Assembly: GCA_040081625.1 (NCBI GenBank)
Contig: JBEBGD010000011.1
Span: forward strand, 28,785-92,784
DNA length: 64,000 nucleotides
Direction: 5' to 3'
From: Chthoniobacteraceae bacterium
GTDB lineage: Bacteria; Verrucomicrobiota; Verrucomicrobiia; Chthoniobacterales; Chthoniobacteraceae
Shown piece after piece: positions 1-10,751 of this stretch; the first letter of the stretch is position 1, and every line of letters begins with the position of its first letter. The position numbers and the translations under genes are program-made. The notes under the pieces were generated by a model. The model saw only the letters and a program-made list of their open reading frames with translations, had not been told where the DNA came from and ran no database searches.

Positions 1-1928
1 CGCTCGGTGATGGGCAGCGGCTTCACCTCGTCGGCACCGGGCGATTTTTCCAATCGCGCCGCCGTGGTCGCCTGGTGATCGAATTTGAAATCGCCCGCCG
101 ATGTCCGCGCGATCGCGCCGATCAGCGAGAGGTTGCAGTCGCATGACCACGGGCCGAGGTAGATGAGCCCGTTGGCGGGGATCACGCCGTCGTTGCACGC
201 CGGGCGCGCGGAGCCGTCGATGCTCACCTCGCGCGTCTCGCGATCGAAGCGGATCATGCCCTCGCCGCGGCAGAAGAACGAGTCGGTGCTCGCGGTCAGC
301 CGCGTGCAGGCGCGCTTGGTGAAACCGAGGTCTTCGACCTGCTCACCGCTCACGGGATCGAGCGCCACGTTGCGCCCGCCGGGGCCGACGCCGACGATGA
401 CTTTGCCATCCACGTAGATCGCGTTGGGATTGTTGGTGATCTTTTTCTTCTGCCAGAGCTGCTTGCCGTTCTCCGTCGAGATGGCGACCACGTTCATGTG
501 CGTCTGCCCCTGAATGACCAGCGCCTTGGGCGTCGCGACCATCATCGTTTCCGTGCGCCAGCCGGGCGTCGAGATGAGGCCTTTGCCGGGTTCCTCGATA
601 AGCTTCAGCGTCTCCTTGTCGTCGGCCGTCCAGACGATGCTGCCGCTGGTGGTCGAGAGGCTGCGCAGATGGTGGTCCGGGCAATAGAGAAACAGCCGGT
701 CCTGCAGAATCGCCAGCCCGCGCGAGTCGATCGGCGTCTTCTCGTTGTGCTTCCAGATCACATACTTGTCCTTCAACTGATACGCTGCGATCACGTTGCC
801 GTAGCCGTGCGGGATGCGCTTTTCGTAATAGAGCTTGCTGAGGTCCGCCCAGCTCCAGCCGCCGAGCGCGCGGTCGCCTTTCACCGTCTCCGCCGGCGGA
901 TCGGTAGGACCGGACATGGCGTAGAGCACGCCGTCCTTCAGCGCGATCCATTTCAAGTCGCCGTCCACGCCGGGGATGCGGATCTCGCCTTTCTCGCGAC
1001 CGGTCGCGGGATCGAGCAGCAGGCAGCGGCTGCCATCGATCATGAAAAATGTTTCCCTCGTCGCGATGAACGCCGAGCGATGCACGAGGTAGCCCTCGGG
1101 CAGTTTGCGCTCCCACAGCACGGCGCCGTTGTAGCCGTTGCGCGCCATCACGCGGCCGAGTGTTTCCCATTCGCGCTCGTGATGCGCGATGTGGCCGATC
1201 GCGAGAAACGTGCGCCCGCCCGCCGCCGTGGTGACCGCCGGCATCCCGATGTAATACGGCGTCTCCATGAACTGCGTCATGTAGGGCGCCTTGATGACCT
1301 GATCGTCGGACACCGGATTGTTGTCCGGCGACTTCTCCCAATGCGACCAGTCCGCGGCGCCCTTGAGCACGGGCTTGAAGAACTGCACCCACGCGCCATG
1401 CGCGTCGTTCCACGTCGTGACGCGCTCACCAACGCCCGACCGCGCCCAATCGGCGAGTGCATCCTCCGCCGCGCCCGTGGCGCCGATGATCGCGGTGCCT
1501 TCGGGTCGCAAGGCGCGCAGGACTTCGCCGGCCTTGAGCGATTTCAGAAACGCCGCGTCCGCGCGAGTGCTGACGACGAGGTCCACCGAATTCTCCGTGT
1601 AAGGCAGCCGGTCCAGCGAGCCGCGCTCGACGGCGAGTCGCTGGATGTCGAACCCCGCGCCGTCAGCTCGCGCGCGCAAAGTGTCCACGCCGCCAGCCTC
1701 CGGCTCGCGCACATGCACGAGCAACCCGCTCGCCTTCGCCAGCGCGACGGGCAGATCGCCATCGCTGCCGAGCACCGCGCACACGCCACGCGTCATGTCC
1801 GCGCGTTTCAGCAAGGCCTGGGCGAGCGCGCCGTCATCGCCGGGGGGCGGCGCGGCTTGCAATAGAGACGCCGCGAGCAGCGGCGCCGCCGCAACGAGGC
1901 GGGAACAAAAACAGCAGATGAGTTTCAT
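1..1928 (-). CDS. Secreted PQQ-like beta-propeller protein with N-terminal SAM-methyltransferase-like domain (3' end beyond window)
   Basis: Absent from the ORF track because there is no stop in the window. My translation from ATG 1928: signal MKLICCFCSRLVAAAPLLAASLLQA; methyltransferase-like motifs RLPYTENSVDLVV and EVLRALRPEG; propeller Trp-docking motifs NGAVLWE, SGSIVWT, ENGKQLWQ; Cys motifs KRACTR, RPACNDG, WSCDC. Confidence 0.8.
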   Translation of the reverse strand, partial: MKLICCFCSRLVAAAPLLAASLLQAAPPPGDDGALAQALLKRADMTRGVCAVLGSDGDLPVALAKASGLLVHVREPEAGGVDTLRARADGAGFDIQRLAVERGSLDRLPYTENSVDLVVSTRADAAFLKSLKAGEVLRALRPEGTAIIGATGAAEDALADWARSGVGERVTTWNDAHGAWVQFFKPVLKGAADWSHWEKSPDNNPVSDDQVIKAPYMTQFMETPYYIGMPAVTTAAGGRTFLAIGHIAHHEREWETLGRVMARNGYNGAVLWERKLPEGYLVHRSAFIATRETFFMIDGSRCLLLDPATGREKGEIRIPGVDGDLKWIALKDGVLYAMSGPTDPPAETVKGDRALGGWSWADLSKLYYEKRIPHGYGNVIAAYQLKDKYVIWKHNEKTPIDSRGLAILQDRLFLYCPDHHLRSLSTTSGSIVWTADDKETLKLIEEPGKGLISTPGWRTETMMVATPKALVIQGQTHMNVVAISTENGKQLWQKKKITNNPNAIYVDGKVIVGVGPGGRNVALDPVSGEQVEDLGFTKRACTRLTASTDSFFCRGEGMIRFDRETREVSIDGSARPACNDGVIPANGLIYLGPWSCDCNLSLIGAIARTSAGDFKFDHQATTAARLEKSPGADEVKPLPITE

Positions 1929-2014
1929 TGGAATCCAGAGGTGGAGTGGAGGGCTGTGAACCGACGGTGGTTCACGGAAGTGGGGCATTCTTTGCCCCGG
2001 TCGCGGGTGGGCCA

Positions 2015-2051
2015 ACTAAACAACCGGGCGGTCCATCCCGGCGAATCCATT
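2015..2051 (-). promoter_or_regulatory. Candidate bipartite promoter/operator AATG-N23-GTTGTTTAGT
   Basis: Same motif and same spacing as 49884..49920, in an intergenic region upstream of a minus-strand gene. Confidence 0.4.
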
Positions 2052-2115
2052 GACCGCACACCGGCGAGCGGCGGAAGACGGAGTGCGCACGACATCGCTC
2101 GCACCGAAATGCTCG

Positions 2116-3537
2116 CTACCGCAGCGGCGTGGGGAGGAAATCCCAATCGAGCACCATCTTCTCGGTGAGCGCGCGCTTGAGTTCGGTTTCGGCGTCCTTG
2201 TATTTCGGATTGTCGGCGAGGTTGCGCAGCTCGCCGGGATCGGCGTCGAGATCGTAGAGCTCGAAGGTCGGGCGCGGCGCGGTGAAGTAGGCGCGCACGA
2301 ACTCGGGCCCGAGCTGGCCGGCGGCGTTCGCGGCTTTCATCTGCTGCCAGCCGGGGTCCTGCTGGCTGTCCACCGGCGCGACGGCGCCGTGCGGCGTGCA
2401 GTTGTAGATGAGCTTGAATCGATCGGAGCGCGCACAACGGGCGAGGTCGAAAGTGGAGGCGAGCACATCGGGCTTCATGCTGCCGTCTCCGCCGTGCGGG
2501 CCGCGTTCGGCGAAGATGAACTTGCGCGGCTCGAACGCCTCCCCGCGCAGCAGCTTCGCGTAGCTCACGCCGCTCATCTCCTTCGGCGGCTTCACGCCCG
2601 CGGCTTCGAGCATCGTGGGCGCGAAGTCTTCACCCGAGACGAGCGCCTTCGTCACCGCGCCCGACTTCACCACGCCGGGCCAGCGCACGAGCAGCGGCAC
2701 GGCGATGCCGGGATCGTGCAGCGCGCCCTTGCCGTGAGGCAGCGCCATGCCGTTGTCGCCCATGAAGACGACGAGCGTGTTCGTCTCGAGGCCGCGCGCC
2801 TTTAGCACATCGAGCACGGTCTGCACGTCGGCGTCGAGGTGCTCGATCTCGGCGAGGTAACGCGCGAGGTCTTCGCGCACGCCGGGCAGGTCGGGCAGGT
2901 GCGGCGGGAGTGTGAGCGACTTCGGATCGATCGCGCCACGCGGCCCTTGCGTGCTCCACACATGGTGCGGGTCGGAGAAGCCGAGCCAGAAAAACCACGG
3001 TTTGTCCCTCGGCGCCGCGTCGAGAAACGCGGTGAGCTTGCCGCCGAAATTGCTCATGCCGCCGGTCTTCTCGACGTAGTCCACGCGACCCTTGAAGGTG
3101 CGGAGGTTGTGCTCGTCCATCACGCGACCGAGTTCGGGAGCCGCGCGTTTTCCGCCGCCCGACGGACCGTCGAGGTGGTAGCTGCGCCCGGCGACGCCGG
3201 TGAAGTAACCGGCCTTCGAGCGCAGCAAGTCGGGGAGCGCCGGCACGTCGGACGGCAGCGGCGAAGTGAAGCGCACCATGCGCACCGCGACCGGCGAGCG
3301 CCCGGTCATCAGCGCCGCGCGCGACGGCACGCACTGCGGACAGCTCACAAACATCCGGTCGAACCGCATTCCCTCGCTCGCGAGCCGGTCTAGGTTCGGC
3401 GTCCGCAGGTCCTTGTTCCCGTAGCAACTGAGATACGGGTAGCTGTGATCGTCGCTGAGCAGGAAAAGGATGTTCGGCTTGTCTGCCGCACTCGCGGCGA
3501 GCGCGATGAAGAGCAGGAGAACGAGGACTCGATGCAT
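2116..3537 (-). CDS. Sulfatase (S1, sulfamidase/SGSH-like)
   Basis: Signal MHRVLVLLLFIALAASAA; PNILFLLSDDH; CVPSR...LMTGR; GDNG; ELYDL..DP.E. Start moved from 3633 to ATG 3537. Confidence 0.93.
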   Translation of the reverse strand: MHRVLVLLLFIALAASAADKPNILFLLSDDHSYPYLSCYGNKDLRTPNLDRLASEGMRFDRMFVSCPQCVPSRAALMTGRSPVAVRMVRFTSPLPSDVPALPDLLRSKAGYFTGVAGRSYHLDGPSGGGKRAAPELGRVMDEHNLRTFKGRVDYVEKTGGMSNFGGKLTAFLDAAPRDKPWFFWLGFSDPHHVWSTQGPRGAIDPKSLTLPPHLPDLPGVREDLARYLAEIEHLDADVQTVLDVLKARGLETNTLVVFMGDNGMALPHGKGALHDPGIAVPLLVRWPGVVKSGAVTKALVSGEDFAPTMLEAAGVKPPKEMSGVSYAKLLRGEAFEPRKFIFAERGPHGGDGSMKPDVLASTFDLARCARSDRFKLIYNCTPHGAVAPVDSQQDPGWQQMKAANAAGQLGPEFVRAYFTAPRPTFELYDLDADPGELRNLADNPKYKDAETELKRALTEKMVLDWDFLPTPLR

Positions 3538-3544
3538 GGCTTCG

Positions 3545-5011
3545 CTACTGGTTGGCGGGACGTTTCGCGGCGCGTGCGCTCGGCTTCGCGGGATCGAAGC
3601 CGGGGTTGGTCGTTGGGAATTTCGCCCCGACATCCTTTTGCCAGGCGTGCAATTCGGCGCGCAACGCTTTCACGCGCTCGGGTTCGCGCGCGGCGAGGTC
3701 GGTCTTCTCGCCGGTGTCGCTCGCGAGGTTGAATAGCTCCACGCGGTGATCCTCGAACCACTCGATGAGCTTCCAGTCGCCGCGACGGATCGCAGCGCCG
3801 GGCGCGCCGCCTTGATTGCCGTAATGCGGGTAATGCCAGAACAGCGCGCGCTCGGGCCATGGGCCGTTGTCGAAGATCGGCGCGGCATTGCGGCCATCGA
3901 GCTCCGGCGTCGGCTTCACGCCCGCCGCAGCGAGCAGCGTCGGCACGAAGTCGGGGCTCGAGACCGGCGTGTCGATCACCATCCCCGCGCGCACCGCGCC
4001 CGGCCAGCGGACGAGTAGCGGCTCGCGGATGCCGCCTTCGTAGAGCCAGCCTTTGCCGGCACGCAGCGGGAGGTTCGAGGTCGGCCAGCCTTCGCTCGTC
4101 GAGAGGCCGCCATTGTCGCTGGTGAAAACCACGATCGTCTTTTCGCGCAGCCCGTTCGCATCGAGCGCGTCGAGCACCTTGCCGACGGCAAGATCCATCG
4201 CCTCGACCATCGCCGCGTAAACGGCGTGCTCCTGCACCAGCCGCACATCGCGTTCGCCCTCGCGCGCCCACTTCGCCTCGAGCCCGAGCCGCTTTCGCTT
4301 CTCCTCGTATTTCTTCTTCAAATCTTCGCGCGCGATCAGCGGCGTGTGGACCGAGTAGAACGGCAGATAGACGAGGAACGGCGACGCCTTGTTTGCGGCG
4401 ATGAACTTCGCCGCCTCGCTCGCGAGCCGGTCGGGCAGATGCTCGCCGTCCGGCCCGTCCTCGAGGCGCGGATTGCCGTAGGGCGAGAAATACTTCTTCC
4501 CGCCGTATGGCCCGCCGCGATCGATGCCGCCTTTGTTCACGTCGAAGCCCTGATCCTCCGGCCAGCGCCCCTCGGGCCCGAGGTGCCATTTGCCCGCGAA
4601 GAACGTCGCGTAGCCCGCGGGCTTGAGCGCCTCGGCGAGCGTCGTCTCGCTGAGCGCGAGTTCGACGGAGTAGGGCGCGGGCAGCAGCTTGGTGTTGCGG
4701 TTCCATTTCTCCGGCTGCGCCGCGCCGATGTAATCCGTGACGCCCGTGCGCTGCGGATACTTGCCCGTGAGCAGGCTCGCACGCGTCGGCGAGCAGACCG
4801 GGCACGCCGCATACGCGCTGGTGAAGCGCGCGCCGTCTTTCGCGAGCCGGTCGAGATTCGGCGTCTCGTAGAACGTGCTGCCGTAGCAGCCGAGGTCCGC
4901 CCAGCCGAGATCGTCCGCGACGAAGAACACGATGTTCGGTTTGTCGGCGGCTGATGTTCCGAACGTGAGGAGGCACGCTGCGAGTGCGAGTAGGGCGATG
5001 CGGAGTTTCAT
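3545..5011 (-). CDS. Sulfatase (S1, arylsulfatase/GALNS-like)
   Basis: PNIVFFVADDLG, CSPTRASLLTG, GKWHLG, SDNGG, GKGWLYEGGIR; signal peptide. Confidence 0.95.
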   Translation of the reverse strand: MKLRIALLALAACLLTFGTSAADKPNIVFFVADDLGWADLGCYGSTFYETPNLDRLAKDGARFTSAYAACPVCSPTRASLLTGKYPQRTGVTDYIGAAQPEKWNRNTKLLPAPYSVELALSETTLAEALKPAGYATFFAGKWHLGPEGRWPEDQGFDVNKGGIDRGGPYGGKKYFSPYGNPRLEDGPDGEHLPDRLASEAAKFIAANKASPFLVYLPFYSVHTPLIAREDLKKKYEEKRKRLGLEAKWAREGERDVRLVQEHAVYAAMVEAMDLAVGKVLDALDANGLREKTIVVFTSDNGGLSTSEGWPTSNLPLRAGKGWLYEGGIREPLLVRWPGAVRAGMVIDTPVSSPDFVPTLLAAAGVKPTPELDGRNAAPIFDNGPWPERALFWHYPHYGNQGGAPGAAIRRGDWKLIEWFEDHRVELFNLASDTGEKTDLAAREPERVKALRAELHAWQKDVGAKFPTTNPGFDPAKPSARAAKRPANQ

Positions 5012-5020
5012 GGGGAAAGT

Positions 5021-6253
5021 TTAGCGACGGGGAAGGTGCGGATTCTCATACCAGATCACACCGAGTCCATCGCGTTCCTCGCAGGTGATCACGTCGAGAT
5101 CGCCGTCGCCGTCGAGGTCGAGCGTCTGCATGAGATCATACTTCAGCCCGTCGGGACCGCCGAGCGTGCGCTGGCGCCACGGCGCGCCCGCGCGTTGTTC
5201 GAGCCAGACGATGCCCTCGAGTTTTCCCTTCGCATTTTCGCAGGTGAAAAGGAGATCGGGCAGGCCGTCGAGATTTACGTCGGCGATCTTCACGGCCTTC
5301 GCGTCGCCGATGTTTGTGCCGTCGAGTTGGATGACTCGCTCCTCCCACGCGCCACCCGCGCGCCGGAGAAAGAGGAAGATCGAAGCCGGTTTCGTGGCCG
5401 CGGCCACGTCGGCGAGCCCATCGCCGTTCACATCGCCGATGTCCGCAAACATCACCTCGCGCCCGAGCGCGCCGATGGCGTGTTCCTTCCATGGCGCGTT
5501 CGTCGCGTTCGCGGCGGCGCCGGGATTTTCGAGCCAGAAGACGCCGGAGCGCGCGCCTTTGCGGTCGGTGAAAGCGGCATCGCTGTCGCCGTCGCCGTCC
5601 ACGTCGTGTGGCGTGAGCGTCATCACCCAGCCGGCATCGCGCAGCTTGTGAAATCGCCAGTCAGCCAGCGCGCGATGCGCGGGCGGCGCTTGCAGCCAGC
5701 CGACCGCCGCGCCCGTGCCTTTCGATGCGAGCAGCAGGTCGCCGCCATGCTGCCCGTCGATCTGCACCGCCGCGGCCTGCATCCACATCTGCGCGTTCTC
5801 GGTCGCCGGAAATGCGCTCGTGCTCCAGCGCTCCGGGCTCAGCAATTCGTCGGGCGAACCGGCGAAGCGATGCCAATACAGCGTCCGCGTTTTGCCCTCG
5901 GTGCCGCTCACCACTTCCAGCCGCCCGTCGCCGTCGAGATCGGCAAAGATCGCCTCCTCGACGTTGCCCACGTTGCCGACCGTGACGCGCGGCCACGCGT
6001 CGCGGGACTTTGCCGGGCCGGGATTCAGATACACGCGCACCTCGCCGCCTTGTTCCCAACCCGTGGCGACATCCTGCAAGCCGTCGCCGTTGATATCGCC
6101 GAGCTTCACGCCATCCGCGCCCCGCGAAGTGTCGTCGATCGTGTGCCGTTTCCACAGCGTCCCCGGCGCGAGTTCGACCTCCGTCGTTGTCGGCGATTCC
6201 GCGCCGACGAGCGCGGCGGAAAGGACGATCGCGAGAAAGAGTTTCGTGAGCAC
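5021..6253 (-). CDS. Secreted FG-GAP/VCBS-repeat beta-propeller protein
   Basis: Repeated Ca-binding DxNGDG/DxDGDG motifs (DINGDG, DLDGDG, DVDGDG, DVNGDG, DVNLDG, DLDGDG); signal peptide; GTG start. Confidence 0.88.
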   Translation of the reverse strand: MLTKLFLAIVLSAALVGAESPTTTEVELAPGTLWKRHTIDDTSRGADGVKLGDINGDGLQDVATGWEQGGEVRVYLNPGPAKSRDAWPRVTVGNVGNVEEAIFADLDGDGRLEVVSGTEGKTRTLYWHRFAGSPDELLSPERWSTSAFPATENAQMWMQAAAVQIDGQHGGDLLLASKGTGAAVGWLQAPPAHRALADWRFHKLRDAGWVMTLTPHDVDGDGDSDAAFTDRKGARSGVFWLENPGAAANATNAPWKEHAIGALGREVMFADIGDVNGDGLADVAAATKPASIFLFLRRAGGAWEERVIQLDGTNIGDAKAVKIADVNLDGLPDLLFTCENAKGKLEGIVWLEQRAGAPWRQRTLGGPDGLKYDLMQTLDLDGDGDLDVITCEERDGLGVIWYENPHLPRR

Positions 6254-6259
6254 GCCGGC

Positions 6260-7600
6260 TTACTGCGCGGCAGCCTTGAGTTCCGCGAAGCGAGCGCGCA
6301 TCGCTGTGAGTTGCTTCGCGTGCACGGGGTCGCGGGCGAGATCGTTTTCCTCGCTCGGATCGGCTCGGAGATCGAAGAGCTGCTCGTGCTCGAAGTCCGG
6401 CCAGAGCATGTATTTCCAGTCCTTGCGCACAAGCGCCTGCGACGCGGGGATCACGTCTTTCGCCTTCACCACGGCGTGCTCGTAAAAGAACTCCGTGCGC
6501 CACGCGGGCTTTTGCGCGGCGATGTAGAGCGGCGCGAAATCGCGGCCCTGCATCCCGCCCGGCGCGGCGATGCCTGTGGCCGCGAGGATCGTCGGCGCGA
6601 GGTCCACGTTGAGCGTGAAGTCGTCGTTTGCGCCGCCGCGCTTCGCCGCCGCCATGCGTGGATCGCGCACGATCAGCGGCACGCGGATGCTCTCTTGATG
6701 CGGATACCACTTATCAGCGAGCCCGTGCTCGGCGTGGAAGTAGCCGTTGTCCGTCGTGAAGATCACGAGCGTGTTGTCGAGCACGCCCTGCTTCTTCAAC
6801 TCCGCGACTACGCGCCCGCAGACCGCGTCCACCTCGGTCGCGAGGCGGTAGTAGTTCTTCATCATCTCCTGGTGCTTCTCCGGCGTGTCGAAGCGCCAGT
6901 GCCAGCGCACGCGGCCTTCGTTCTTCTCGTTCGCGATGAAAGGCGGGAGCCGCTTGAAAGATTCGTCGGTCGCGTTCTTCGCGACGGGGATCGTCACGTC
7001 GCGATACAGCGACATGCTCTCCGGCTGCGGCAGGAACTGCTTCGGGTTCCGGTCCTCCGCGTGCGTGGCGAAGAACGCGAGCGTGAGGCAGAACGGCTTG
7101 TCTGCCGGCCGCTCGCGCAGAAACTCCAGCGCGTCGTTCTCGTTCTTTTTCGTGACGTGAATCTGTGAGCCGTCCGGCTGTTTGATCCAGTGTGTGCCCG
7201 AGTAGGAGCGCCCGAAGTCGAAGTGCTCCGCGGGAAATTTCCCGTTGTGCCATTTTCCGATGTGCCCGGTGAAGTATCCCTTCCCGCGCAGCAGCCCCGG
7301 ATACGTCTCCGTCCACGGCGTCTTGAACTCGCTGAAGGCGAGGTTTCCATGCCGCGACATCCATTGCCCGGTGAAAAGCGTCGCGCGGCTCACGCCGCAG
7401 ATCGACGTGGTCACGCAATTGCGCGTGAAGCGGAAGCCCTCGCGCGCGAGCTGGTCGAGGTGCGGCGTCTTCACGACCGGATTACCCGCGCAGCCGAGCG
7501 TATCGTGCCGCCAGTCGTCGGCGTAGAGCACGACGACGTTTAGCGGTTTCGTGTTCGCGGCGGACGCGGCGGAGCCGAGCAACAGCACGGCGCAGAGCAC
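6260..7600 (-). CDS. Sulfatase (S1, N-acetylglucosamine-6-sulfatase/mucin-desulfating-like) with CGVSR signature
   Basis: [40 protein letters not shown]. Start uncertain; GTG 7600 chosen because it lies just downstream of the upstream gene's stop at 7632. Confidence 0.9.
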   Translation of the reverse strand: MLCAVLLLGSAASAANTKPLNVVVLYADDWRHDTLGCAGNPVVKTPHLDQLAREGFRFTRNCVTTSICGVSRATLFTGQWMSRHGNLAFSEFKTPWTETYPGLLRGKGYFTGHIGKWHNGKFPAEHFDFGRSYSGTHWIKQPDGSQIHVTKKNENDALEFLRERPADKPFCLTLAFFATHAEDRNPKQFLPQPESMSLYRDVTIPVAKNATDESFKRLPPFIANEKNEGRVRWHWRFDTPEKHQEMMKNYYRLATEVDAVCGRVVAELKKQGVLDNTLVIFTTDNGYFHAEHGLADKWYPHQESIRVPLIVRDPRMAAAKRGGANDDFTLNVDLAPTILAATGIAAPGGMQGRDFAPLYIAAQKPAWRTEFFYEHAVVKAKDVIPASQALVRKDWKYMLWPDFEHEQLFDLRADPSEENDLARDPVHAKQLTAMRARFAELKAAAQ

Positions 7601-7631
7601 CCGCTGGACGGCGATCCAAATGGAGCCGGCG

Positions 7632-9200
7632 CTACTTTTGCGGAGCCTTGGCTCGCGGCTTTGCAGGCGCGGGCTCGGGAGGAGTGGGGAGGTTGTCATT
7701 GGGTTGATGGGAAAAGCGCCACGGATCGTTGAGCCGGCGCATCTCTGCGAGCAGCGCAGCTTCCATCTCGGCGAGCTTGGCGGCGTGTTTCGGATCGGCG
7801 GCGAGATTCGTCTGCATCGGGTCGGCCTTGCCGTGCTCCTTGAGAAACTCGTTCGGATTCGCAACAAGGTTGAAGAGCTGTGTCTCACGCGCCGTGCCGT
7901 CCTTCGACTCATACTTGATGAGCTTCCAGTCGCCGACTCTCACACAGCGCATGCCCGGACGCGCGCCGCCGGCATGGACGCCGTAGAGCACATCACGAAC
8001 GGATTGCGCCTTCCCTTCGAGCACGGGCTTCATGCTGATCCCTTCATTGGTTTTAGGCGCAGGGATACCCGCGAGATCGCACAACGTCGCGAGCACATCG
8101 AGGAGGTAGATGTTCCCCGGCGCGCGACTGCCCGGCTTGATTCCGGGACCTTTGACGATGAATGGCACGCGCCACGAGTGCTCGTAGAGATTCTGTTTTC
8201 CCTGCAAGCCGTGGCGACCGATCGCGATGCCGTGGTCGGACGTGTAGAAGATGTAGGTGTTCTCGAGTTCGCCCATCGCTTCGAGCTTCGCGAGCACCTT
8301 GGCGATCTGGATGTCGATGTTCTCCGAGCAGGCCATGTAGCGGCCGATCTCGTTACGGATCGTCACCTCATCGCGGCGCGCCCACACACCTTCGACCTGC
8401 GTTTCGTCGCGCTGATCGGCGGCCAGCGTATTCGCAAACGGATGCGCGGGCAGGTAGTTCGCCGGCAGCGGAGGTTGCTTTGCGTTCGCCGGCGGAAGGG
8501 TGTTCGGGTCGGTGTGATTCACCGCGCCGTATTTCGCCAGCAGCTCGGGCCTGCCGGTTCGCGGATCGTGCGGGTGAGTGAAACCGAAGTAGATGAGGAA
8601 GGGATCGGCGTCCTTTGCGGCTTCGCGCTCGTTCAGGTAATCGAGCACCTGCGTCGCGTGCCACGGGCTGCCGGTTTCGTCGGTGACGCCATACTTCGAC
8701 GCATCGCGCCGGACGGTGAACTTCTGGTTCGCGAGTTCGTAGCTGTTGCCGGCTTTGCACGTGCGCATCGTGTCGTAGCCGCCGCGATTGAAGACCGCCG
8801 CCATCGTGTGCTCCGCCAGATCGGGCGGAACGAGCGCGGGATTGTTCGTGTGCGGATTAAAACCGCGCCCGCTGCTGTCCGGGATGTGCCACAGCGTGCG
8901 CCCGGACATGACCATGTGCCGCGAAGGCGTGCATACGGCGCTCATCCACGCGCCCATGAGATATGCCGCGTCGAAGACCATGCCCTGCGCGGCGAGCCGA
9001 TCGATCGCGGGCGTCTCGAGCGGCGACGCGGGGTCGTAGGCGCGGAGTTCCAGCGGCGATTGGTCATCGACGATGATGAACAGGATGTTCGGCCGGCGCT
9101 TCTCCGCGGCGTGCGCCGGTTGGCAGATGCACAGCGCTGCGAGGAGAAGTGAACACGCCAGATGCGCGAAGCGGTGCGTGGGGAAGGACGACGATGTCAT
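7632..9200 (-). CDS. Sulfatase (S1), tandem paralogue A
   Basis: [28 protein letters not shown]; signal peptide; near-colinear with 9222..10751. Confidence 0.93.
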   Translation of the reverse strand: MTSSSFPTHRFAHLACSLLLAALCICQPAHAAEKRRPNILFIIVDDQSPLELRAYDPASPLETPAIDRLAAQGMVFDAAYLMGAWMSAVCTPSRHMVMSGRTLWHIPDSSGRGFNPHTNNPALVPPDLAEHTMAAVFNRGGYDTMRTCKAGNSYELANQKFTVRRDASKYGVTDETGSPWHATQVLDYLNEREAAKDADPFLIYFGFTHPHDPRTGRPELLAKYGAVNHTDPNTLPPANAKQPPLPANYLPAHPFANTLAADQRDETQVEGVWARRDEVTIRNEIGRYMACSENIDIQIAKVLAKLEAMGELENTYIFYTSDHGIAIGRHGLQGKQNLYEHSWRVPFIVKGPGIKPGSRAPGNIYLLDVLATLCDLAGIPAPKTNEGISMKPVLEGKAQSVRDVLYGVHAGGARPGMRCVRVGDWKLIKYESKDGTARETQLFNLVANPNEFLKEHGKADPMQTNLAADPKHAAKLAEMEAALLAEMRRLNDPWRFSHQPNDNLPTPPEPAPAKPRAKAPQK

Positions 9201-9221
9201 GGGCGAAGTGTGGGCATCGTT

Positions 9222-10751
9222 CTATTTCTGTGCCTTCTTCGCCTTGGGCTTCCTTTCCCGCGGCGCGGCTTCGGTCGGCGGAGTCAGGCCGTCATCCGGC
9301 TGGTTCCAGAAACGATACGGATCATTGAGGCGGCGCATCTCGGCCAGCAGCAGCGCTTCCATCTCGTTGAGTTTGTCCGCGTGTTTCGGATCACCGGCGA
9401 GGTTCGTCTGCATCGGGTCGGCCTTGCCATGCTCTTTGAGGAGCTCATCCGGGTTGGCCGCGAGGTTGAATAGCTGCGTCTCATGCACGGTCCCGTTCAT
9501 GCCGTCGTATTTGATCAGCTTCCAATCGCCCTGCTTCACGCAGCGCATCCCCGGCTTGGTGCCGCCGCAATACGCGCCGTATTGCACATCGCGCACGGCG
9601 TCCGTCTTGCCTTCCAGCACCGGCTTGAAGCTGATTCCCTCGCTACTTTCCGGCGCCGCGATTCCGGCGACGTCGCAAAGCGTGGCGACGGTATCGAGCA
9701 GGTAGATGTTACCGGTCGCGCGTGTGCCGGGCTTGATGCCGGGGCCCTTCGCGATGAACGGCACGCGCCAGGTGTGCTCGTAGAGATTCTGTTTCCCCTG
9801 CAAGCCGTGACGCCCGATCGCCATGCCGTGATCGGCGGTGTAGAAGATGTAGGTATTGTCGAGTTCGCCCATGGCTTCGAGCTTCGCGAGCACGCGACCG
9901 ATCTGGATGTCGATGTTCTCGCTGCACGCAAACTCGCGGCCGATCTCATTGCGAACGGTCGCCTCATCGCGGTTCTTCCACATGCCGCTGACGGACACCT
10001 CGTCGCGCACATCGGCGTGCGTGTTGTTGAAGGGATGCTTGGGCAGGTAGTTCGCCGGCAACTCCGGCTGCTTCGGGTTCACCGGCGGCAGCGACTTCGG
10101 GTCGGCGTGATTGGTGGCGCCGTATTTTTCCAGCAGCTCGGGCCGGCCATCGCGCGTGTCGTGCGGATGCGAAAAGCCGAAGTAGATCAGAAAGGGATCG
10201 GCGTCCTTTTTCGCCTCGCGCCCGGCGAGGTAATTCATCACCTGATCGCCATGCCAGGTGCTGCCGCTCTCGTCGGTGCCGCCGCGCTTGGTGGCATCGC
10301 GAACGACCGTGAACTGCTTATTGGCTCCGGCGTAGGAGTTGCCGTTCTTGCAGGTGCGCATCGTGTCGTAACCGGCGCGATTGAACACCGCGGCGAGCGT
10401 ATTCTGCTCCAGGTTGGGCGGGCAGTGGCCCTTCGCTCCGGGCCCGATCGGCAGATGCCACAGCGTGCGCCCGCTCATGATCATGTGCCGCGAAGGCGTG
10501 CATACACCGCCGATAAACGCGCCCATGTGCCGCGCCGAGTCGAAGACCATGCCCTCCGCCGCCAGCTTGTCGATGTTCGGCGACTGCAAGGCTGACTTCG
10601 GATTGTAGAACCTGAAATCAAACGGCGACTGGTCATCGACGATGATGAACAAAATGTTCGGCCGGCGCTTCTCCGCGGCAGTCGCCGATTCGAGAAGGCA
10701 GCACGATGACAGGATCAGCGCGACGATGGAGAATCGGAGGAGGCGGTTCAT
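9222..10751 (-). CDS. Sulfatase (S1), tandem paralogue B
   Basis: [28 protein letters not shown]; signal peptide. Confidence 0.93.
   Translation of the reverse strand: MNRLLRFSIVALILSSCCLLESATAAEKRRPNILFIIVDDQSPFDFRFYNPKSALQSPNIDKLAAEGMVFDSARHMGAFIGGVCTPSRHMIMSGRTLWHLPIGPGAKGHCPPNLEQNTLAAVFNRAGYDTMRTCKNGNSYAGANKQFTVVRDATKRGGTDESGSTWHGDQVMNYLAGREAKKDADPFLIYFGFSHPHDTRDGRPELLEKYGATNHADPKSLPPVNPKQPELPANYLPKHPFNNTHADVRDEVSVSGMWKNRDEATVRNEIGREFACSENIDIQIGRVLAKLEAMGELDNTYIFYTADHGMAIGRHGLQGKQNLYEHTWRVPFIAKGPGIKPGTRATGNIYLLDTVATLCDVAGIAAPESSEGISFKPVLEGKTDAVRDVQYGAYCGGTKPGMRCVKQGDWKLIKYDGMNGTVHETQLFNLAANPDELLKEHGKADPMQTNLAGDPKHADKLNEMEALLLAEMRRLNDPYRFWNQPDDGLTPPTEAAPRERKPKAKKAQK

Noticed and set aside
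343..1413. 356-aa minus-strand ORF in the track
   Set aside because: Wrong frame; the real gene is the open frame from 1928 that runs off the window.
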